Positions 59,601 through 64,000 of a DNA stretch of 64,000 bases are shown piece by piece. The translations under genes were made by a program, and so were the position numbers. The stretch is from Candidatus Aenigmatarchaeota archaeon. GTDB lineage: Archaea > Aenigmatarchaeota > Aenigmatarchaeia > CG10238-14 > SCSR01. The notes below the pieces were generated by a model. It was not told the origin of the DNA. It did not search any database and saw only the letters and a list, made by a program, of their open reading frames with translations. The stretch covers positions 384,001 to 448,000 of the forward strand of contig JAVZHQ010000001.1 in assembly GCA_038998335.1 (NCBI GenBank), read 5' to 3'. Every line of letters starts with the position of its first letter. Position 1 is the first letter of the stretch.

Positions 59601-59831
59601 GATAGGGCAGAAGGACATATCACAGCCACACAAAGAAGTAAGATTAGAATACTGCTAGAAGTGATAGAAGAATTAACAAATACTATAGGGAAAAACATTC
59701 CAAAAGAAGATATAATTAAGCTAGCAAAAAGCAGAGGGCTAAAAGAATTTGATATAGAGAAAATGTTAAACGAGCTTAAAAGTAATGGAACTTTATTTGA
59801 GCCTAGACCAGGAATATTGCAAAAAATGTGA
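53697..59831 (+). CDS. mcm: Replicative helicase MCM with three inteins (669 aa after splicing)
   Basis: Zn finger, GDPS/TAKS, IDEFEK, AMEQQ/TISIAKA, ARFD, C-terminal WH. Confidence 0.96.
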   Translation: MEKENIIEKFAEFLREEYYNDLVNAVNEGKKSIYIDFSLLDKFDPELADYLLENPEEVLELAEEAIKQIDLPGEAKLRVRILNLPESREIRIRNIRSEHIGKLIAVDGIVKRASEIRPEVSEVIFSCPECGREITVIQTERTIRAPVECECGNRKGFRILKQKLYDARWIVIEEPFEIVSGERPSEIMVFLKEDLTSPKMQNKTDPGNRIKIVGILKELPKRVKGTRSRQVEIYIEANSVESIEVEWEELEITPEDEKRILELAKDPEIYDKLVRSIGPSLYGLEEVKEAIVLQLFGGEPHVQKDKSRVRGDIHILLIGDPSCLVGDERVVLGNGAIAKISSLGKEHLQKIDVPVYLAEGYKRGTAKTFHKYEFQPVIEIVTESGKSIKGTFNQPVLVKKKPGKFGKFKSEWKRLDEIKIGDEIRVINWIPCRIYKYVETGWSLKSSTKRKKIKVPKILDEKLASVLGYLLADGYVQKYRVGCAFNYEELDLLPKMKKLFEEIFGIKPRFEYHKEKNGTNVEMVFNSIELAEILQFLKNKRVPDMILSSKNSVVAAFLSWLYDGDGSVISEGRGKNGILYKAKDIELLRDIQILLLRFGIHSQIYGNNLIIRQANSIIKFANSIGFNSKKKKEKLQKLVENVEKLKRKRHNKRWERIVKIIYHPPESVYDIEVPVHHKFVANGIVCHNTAKSALMKVVSSLIPRGRYVSGKGVSIDYDDPVIYKENGLIKTDIIGRFCDKFYKQGEVGFVKVKGIEVPVFDPTTFKISWKPVTYIFRHPAEEPLLKLTLRTGREIRVTLGHSIYTLDKGEIVTKRADELKVGDFILIPSRIPPNNKIVKKIIVADLIKNHPEIKLRTLKKFPKEIKVNGELMRLIGYYIAEGSLNESGEHWKVRFDVGEKDNEIIEDIKRIVKKLFGLEVKEYKKKNSKGKALEINSKLLVLIFKEILQLGKSAKMKKIPPIVFNTSSRNQLEFIKAYLKGDYGVTTSKELTSDLQYLFLLNGVISSFLKKRIKGKIKFPDHLSFVDTIVYEVKAPKVSKLLRGIFSISRIHGYPPLKCFSSEKILNLAKSGYKRVSKSAMKILFSPYNLLLFSRLEMLKKGIDTKKLSRICKINRKSALQYLNSLVKKGIALKIGKKGEIKYFLTEKGKLLLKEIKLINSLLLSDLGFVEIKKIERVKASKRFVYDLGVENFNNFIAGFGGVICHNTAAGLTATVVRDEEFLGGWVLEAGALVMCNRSLCAIDEFEKVEKSDQIALHEAMEQQSYHPSMEILLADGRKVKIGEFVDKLFNLLKNKIVRGINCEILPLHEIYIPILTTDGQKLFVTKITQVSRHKPPEKFIKITYSNGREIIVTPEHPVFVFEDSLTTKPATKVRPGDFVPGVRQLPLITSSKNLELPSTSGRKKINFPTEMSTDFGKFLGYFISEGYSYSGSSKEIGISNTSKSIISETQNLTNTLFGINALDYSQINRTQRIISSSLFDFMLKNFPEIMQKARNKRIPSSILTAEKEILREFLKAAFEGDGSIESNAICYRTASSKLAEDYQDALLRFGIFSRIAYDKHNNSYKVYITSDSLENFVRIILRKKCKKIEKLIKTSKRKLRKHDVLPTSVGLKIRNLMKKVGLVYSGYFNQHLRFNFGITREVFDKYLKQIREKIEESKKAVEEIQDFKELRRKLNYSQEYVANLLKIKRSKINYIERGGYTKEIREKLLKLFKENVKKEIKKVEESLNQLEDLKKFRWLRVKKVDVLENKGSVKAEWVYDVTVKPTKCFISNGLVLHNTISIAKANIVATLPARTSILAGGNPKLGRFDPYLPIKEQIDVPETLLARFDLKFALRDVPNPELDAKIAEHILKARHYEEEEIKPEIEPDFIRKYVAYARKNCHPKLTREAGETIKEFFVKLREKVGGEEAPIPITLRQYEALIRLAEASAKVQLRNEVTKEDAIRAINLMKASLRQFGFDPEIGKIDIDRAEGHITATQRSKIRILLEVIEELTNTIGKNIPKEDIIKLAKSRGLKEFDIEKMLNELKSNGTLFEPRPGILQKM
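54663..55760 (+). mobile_element. Intein 1 in MCM Walker A (366 aa, LAGLIDADG)
   Basis: GDPS|CLVGDE...VCHN|TAKS; LGYLLADG and LSWLYDGDG. Confidence 0.93.
55836..57317 (+). mobile_element. Intein 2 in MCM (494 aa, LAGLIDADG-like, wHTH-like insert)
   Basis: GKGV|SIDY...ICHN|TAAGLT; IGYYIAEG. Confidence 0.92.
57489..59033 (+). mobile_element. Intein 3 in MCM (515 aa, LAGLIDADG, XRE-HTH insert)
   Basis: MEQQ|SYHP...VLHN|TISI; LGYFISEG, AAFEGDG. Confidence 0.92.
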
Positions 59832-59835
59832 TTGC

Positions 59836-60561
59836 ATGGTAAAAAGATTGCCAGCAAAAAAAGTAAGGATCTTTGACTTGGTTTATGGAAAATATTTCCC
59901 AGGAGAAAAGGAAAACATGAAAGAAAGCTATGTTATAACTCCTTTAGGTCAAAAAGTTTCAAGAGTAAATATAGTGGCAAGCGTCATCGATAAGTTTTTA
60001 AGCGAAGATGGGAACTACTCAACTATAACGATAGATGATGGTAGCGAGGCTATAAGAGTTAAAACTTTTAGAGAAAAAACAGAGTTGCTTCAAGACGTAG
60101 AAATTGGCGATCTTGTTTTAGTGGTAGGAAAAATAAAAGAGTTTAATAACGAGATTTATGTAAACGGCGAGCTAATAAGAAAAATTGATCAGCCAAACTT
60201 TGAAATTTTAAGAAAGTTGGAAATTTTAAAAGAACTTTTAGAGCAGAAGAAAGTAATAGATGAATTAAAAAATTTGAAAGAAAGGATGGAAGAAGACGAA
60301 TTCAAACAGTATGCGAAAGAAAAATACGGGCTTGAAGAGGATGCTTTAGAATTTATAATGAAAAAGCCAGAAGTAAAGGAAGATTATAAACCTAAGATAA
60401 TGAAAATAATTGAAGAGTTAGACGAAGGTGAAGGCGTAGAAATAGGGAAGATCCTTGAAATTTCAAACTTACCAGAGAATATAATAGAAAGGGAAGTAGG
60501 AGAATTGTTGGGTTCGGGAGTTATTTTTGAGCCTAGGCCTGGAATATTGAAGAAGGTGTGA
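59836..60561 (+). CDS. RPA32-like OB-fold ssDNA-binding protein with C-terminal WH
   Basis: VSRVNIVASV, TIDDGS..IRVK, FEPRPG. Confidence 0.8.
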   Translation: MVKRLPAKKVRIFDLVYGKYFPGEKENMKESYVITPLGQKVSRVNIVASVIDKFLSEDGNYSTITIDDGSEAIRVKTFREKTELLQDVEIGDLVLVVGKIKEFNNEIYVNGELIRKIDQPNFEILRKLEILKELLEQKKVIDELKNLKERMEEDEFKQYAKEKYGLEEDALEFIMKKPEVKEDYKPKIMKIIEELDEGEGVEIGKILEISNLPENIIEREVGELLGSGVIFEPRPGILKKV

Positions 60562-60968
60562 AAATGAATTATGAAGAAATGCTTGAAAAGGCGATAAAAG
60601 AACTGCCGAAAGAAATAATAACAAAGCAAAGGTTTGAGATTCCACAAGCTGTTTGTGAAATTGTAGGGAATAAAACTGTTCTAAGAAATTTTGGAGAAAT
60701 ATTAACAACTTTGAGAAGAGATGCTAACCATTTATCAAAATTTTTGCTCAAGGAATTGGCAACTGCTGGAAGCGTTGAAAACAATACCTTAGTTTTTCAA
60801 GGAAGAATATCAAGAGAAATCATTCAAAGGAAAATAGAAGATTATATTAAAAGATTTGTTATTTGCAAAGAGTGTAAAAACCCTGACACAAAGCTTGTAA
60901 AAGAAGATAGAATAACTATAATGAAATGTGAAGCTTGTGGGGCAAGGTCTGCGGTAGAAAGTATATAA
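60558..60968 (+). CDS. eif2b: Translation initiation factor 2 beta
   Basis: RFEIP, KELATAG, CKECKNPDT...CEACGA. Confidence 0.95.
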   Translation: MKMNYEEMLEKAIKELPKEIITKQRFEIPQAVCEIVGNKTVLRNFGEILTTLRRDANHLSKFLLKELATAGSVENNTLVFQGRISREIIQRKIEDYIKRFVICKECKNPDTKLVKEDRITIMKCEACGARSAVESI

Positions 60969-61002
60969 AAATTCTTTGCTTATTTCAAATATAGATGGGA
61001 AA

Positions 61003-61293
61003 ATGTTTTGGAGTAAAGTTTTTGAAACAAAGTACGATATAGTTGTAGCTATTTGTGATGAAGAGCTTATAGATAAGGAAATAGATAAAAAACTAAAAAT
61101 TAAGGTTAACAAAAATTTTTATGGTGGAGAATTAGTTGATGAAGAAACTGCTCTCAAGCTAATGAGAAAAGCAACAATAGGAAACTTGATGGGGAAAAAA
61201 ATAGTTGAGCTTGCTGAAAAAAATGGATTTATAACAAAAGAAAACATTATCTTAATTAATGGCATTTCTCACGCGCAATTTGTTAAAATCTAG
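61003..61293 (+). CDS. DUF424 protein
   Basis: VAICDEEL, FYGG, ATIGNLMG. Confidence 0.85.
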   Translation: MFWSKVFETKYDIVVAICDEELIDKEIDKKLKIKVNKNFYGGELVDEETALKLMRKATIGNLMGKKIVELAEKNGFITKENIILINGISHAQFVKI

Positions 61294-61663
61294 AAAAGCG
61301 GAATTTTTTGTAGTCTCTACTGTTGCTATTGTAAGCATAATTTTTGTTTTGAGTAAGCACATGGGACCTCAAACCTTGGTTGATACTTCTTCTGCAGTTT
61401 TGAACGAACCTTTTATTTTTGATAATATCGTGGAAAAAGCAATAGAAACAGTGAAAATAAGTAAGAATTGTGAAGATCTTAGGTATAACCTTGATGAGTA
61501 TAAGAATTTTGTTGAAAGTTTTTATGCTAAAAAAAACATAAAAGTAAGTATAAATTATGTAATTCATTCGCCTTGCGATAATAATATTTTAAGAACAAGT
61601 TTTGATATCCAACTTATTACTTCAAACATAAGAATGAGGAAGGAATTTGAAGCTAGGAAGTAG
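61280..61663 (+). CDS. Possible pilin-like protein (class III signal peptide)
   Basis: KSRKA-EFFVVSTVAIVSIIF basic leader plus hydrophobic helix. Confidence 0.45.
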   Translation: MLKSRKAEFFVVSTVAIVSIIFVLSKHMGPQTLVDTSSAVLNEPFIFDNIVEKAIETVKISKNCEDLRYNLDEYKNFVESFYAKKNIKVSINYVIHSPCDNNILRTSFDIQLITSNIRMRKEFEARK

Positions 61664-62810
61664 AGCTTAAAACTTTTTCCAAATTTTTACCAAAAATTAT
61701 TCTCAAATAAGGTAAAAACTCTAGCCTAATTTTTTTTGTTGAGCAATGTAAAACTTGCGAAAGTTTAAACAATAATTCTTTCTCTTCTTTTCTCATCGTT
61801 TTAGTTCCTCCAAGAATTATTAATTTCTGTGGATATTCGTACCTTGTAAATTTTCTGTACATTTCTTTTTTAGATAAAGCTACTCCTGCTGTCATTAGGT
61901 CTATCATATAGCCTCTGAACCTCCAGTTTTGGGTAAGAGTTATTCTTTGTCTAAACAAATCTGCTTTGCTCAAGGCATCAAAAGCTTTTGCTATTTCTTC
62001 TGGTTTTTCGTATTCTTTTGTTATATTGTTTTCAATCCACCAAAAAATTTCTTCAGGATCTTTGTCAACACTTGCTATTGCTAACTTTGCGGAAATGCTA
62101 GATTGAGTTTTAAAAATAATTTTTAAAGCATCAAAAATTGTTGTTTCCCTTTCTCTATAACCTAATGCTTCTAAATCTTCAAGAGTGACTTTTTTTCTCC
62201 CTGCTGCTACAACTTCCAAATCGTTTATCGCAGCTCTTAAATCACCTTCTGCTCTTTTTGCTAAATTTCTTAAAACTTCTTTTTCCACGCTTATTCCTTC
62301 TTTTTTGCATATTTCTTCTAACCTTTTCTCTATATCAAAAACGTGAATTTTTTTAAACTCAACAAGAATGCACTCTTCTCTTAAGCTTCTGAGCTTTGGG
62401 TCGTAAGGATTATTGGCTGTTAGTATACAAGGATAGTTTGATTCTTTTATTATTTTTATGATTGCACTTATTCCACCAATGTCTTCCCTTCCAGCAATAC
62501 CATCTATTTCGTCTATAAGAAAAATTTTTGATTTTTTAAACAAAGGTTTTTGAAGCATACTCCTTCCAAAAACTTCTTCTATTTGGGTTTTGCTTCGAAA
62601 ATCGCTAGCGTTCATCTCCACAAACTCTAAATTTTTTTCTTGAGCATAAGCCTGAACTAAAGCAGTTTTTCCTGTTCCAGGAGGACCATAAAAAAGCATT
62701 GCTTTGCTTCCAGGCTTCCAGTTCTTAACCCAGGCTAAAAATTTTTCCAGAGCTTCTTTTTGATTTACAAATTCCTTTAATGATTTTGGCCTGTACTTTT
62801 CACTCCACAT
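61653..62810 (-). CDS. rfcL: Replication factor C large subunit
   Basis: WSEKYRP, GPPGTGKT, EMNASD, DEIDG, GDLRAAINDL. Confidence 0.94.
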   Translation of the reverse strand: MWSEKYRPKSLKEFVNQKEALEKFLAWVKNWKPGSKAMLFYGPPGTGKTALVQAYAQEKNLEFVEMNASDFRSKTQIEEVFGRSMLQKPLFKKSKIFLIDEIDGIAGREDIGGISAIIKIIKESNYPCILTANNPYDPKLRSLREECILVEFKKIHVFDIEKRLEEICKKEGISVEKEVLRNLAKRAEGDLRAAINDLEVVAAGRKKVTLEDLEALGYRERETTIFDALKIIFKTQSSISAKLAIASVDKDPEEIFWWIENNITKEYEKPEEIAKAFDALSKADLFRQRITLTQNWRFRGYMIDLMTAGVALSKKEMYRKFTRYEYPQKLIILGGTKTMRKEEKELLFKLSQVLHCSTKKIRLEFLPYLRIIFGKNLEKVLSSTS

Positions 62811-62821
62811 TTTTTAACCTT

Positions 62822-63787
62822 TTATTGTTTGCTTGCTAAGAGAAATTGAGCTAAAAGACTTTCTAACTGAATTAGCTCGTTCCCGCCCAGGCTCAATCTA
62901 AACTCATATTCTCCACATTTTTCCACTAGCTTGACTTTTAATTCTTCTGGAATATTTAAGGAATAGATTTGTCTATGAATTTCAGAAATTATGTCACCTC
63001 CGCTTAGGCCCTGTCTCAAAATTAAATCTTGCAATTTTTTTCTAGCATCCTCAAACTTTCCTTTTAAGGTTAACTCAAGCATTTCTTTAACATCCATAGG
63101 CTTAGCTCGAGAAGCAACATCATAAATAGTTTCTTCTGTAATCTTTTTGTCTATGGAAGAGGCTGCTTGCAATAAATTAGCAACTTTTCTTAAGTCACCT
63201 TCTGAGATTTCTATTAAAGCCTGAATAGCATCTTCAGTTATCTTTAATTTTTCTCCTACTGCTATTCTTTGAATGAATTTTTTTATGTCAGCATCACTTA
63301 ACAACTTGAACCTAAATACTGCAGTTCTACTTTGGATGGGCTCTATAATCTTGCTCGAATAATTACAAATTAGTATAAAACGAGTTACTGAAGTGTAGCT
63401 TTCCATAGTTCTTCTTAGAGCGTTTTGTGCGTCAGGGGTTAGAGCGTCTGCCTCATCAAGAATTATTAACTTGTAAGGTATTTCACCAATTGGTTTAATT
63501 CTTGCAAAATCTTTTATTTCTCCTCTAATAACATCTATTCCTCTTTCGTCGCTTGCATTTTTTTCTAAGATATTTTGACGCCAGTTTTTGCCGTAAAGCT
63601 CGTAAGCTATACAAAGAGCTACAGTAGTTTTTCCCGTGCCAGGAGGACCAGCAAAAAGCATGTGTGGAATGTTTTTTTCTTCTACAAAAGTCTTTACTCT
63701 TTCAACAACATGCCTTTGATTTATTACTTCACTCAATTTCTTTGGTCTGTATTTTTCAGCCCATATATTTAACTCCATAGTAACCAC
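62822..63787 (-). CDS. rfcS: Replication factor C small subunit (no intein)
   Basis: WAEKYRP, GPPGTGKT, NASDERG, DEAD, QSR. Confidence 0.96.
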   Translation of the reverse strand: MVTMELNIWAEKYRPKKLSEVINQRHVVERVKTFVEEKNIPHMLFAGPPGTGKTTVALCIAYELYGKNWRQNILEKNASDERGIDVIRGEIKDFARIKPIGEIPYKLIILDEADALTPDAQNALRRTMESYTSVTRFILICNYSSKIIEPIQSRTAVFRFKLLSDADIKKFIQRIAVGEKLKITEDAIQALIEISEGDLRKVANLLQAASSIDKKITEETIYDVASRAKPMDVKEMLELTLKGKFEDARKKLQDLILRQGLSGGDIISEIHRQIYSLNIPEELKVKLVEKCGEYEFRLSLGGNELIQLESLLAQFLLASKQ

Positions 63788-63860
63788 TCAAATTATTGTT
63801 TATTTAAGATTTAAATATAAACTTTATAAATAAAGTTTTAAAGAATTAAAAGTAGAGAAA

Positions 63861-64000
63861 ATGAAGCCAGAGTTATTAGGTTTATCCGTTTTAATTTTAT
63901 TTCTTTTGATTCCTGTTGCTCTTTCTGCTGTAGTTGAAATAACAATAGAATACGAAGAAGTTTGTGTGATAAACGGAACTTGCGATCCAGGAGAAACTTG
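63861..64000 (+). CDS. Secreted protein, runs off window end
   Basis: Signal peptide MKPELLGLSVLILFLLIPVALS, then C...NGTCDPGET. Confidence 0.55.
   Translation, partial: MKPELLGLSVLILFLLIPVALSAVVEITIEYEEVCVINGTCDPGET

Overview
Archaeal chromosome segment. Reverse gyrase and the branched-chain polyamine synthase BpsA point to a thermophile; gene content and divergent rRNA suggest a DPANN lineage, possibly Aenigmarchaeota (inference). It carries mostly information-processing genes: ribosomal proteins, RNAP subunits, TFB, TBP, MCM with three inteins, RFC, aaRSs, aIF5A with DHS, a histone and Nob1. It also has four tRNAs, separately transcribed 16S and 23S genes, and a duplicated membrane-protein/Roadblock module next to KaiC-like and KaiC-GTPase genes. 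The most striking signal is an RNA splicing and guide system. Five short bulge-helix-bulge (BHB) rRNA introns are present, and four carry box C/D motifs with antisense guides to their own flanking exon, other 23S sites or 16S rRNA. The tRNA-Met intron appears to guide its own C34. Two C/D guides lie in the 23S leader (one predicts Um2552), and an H/ACA-like guide in the 16S leader targets the position equivalent to yeast m1acp3-Psi1191. Separately, the RNase HII gene is interrupted by a 20-nt BHB intron inside its catalytic DEAGRG motif. All pairings and E. coli-equivalent positions were read by eye and are unverified predictions.
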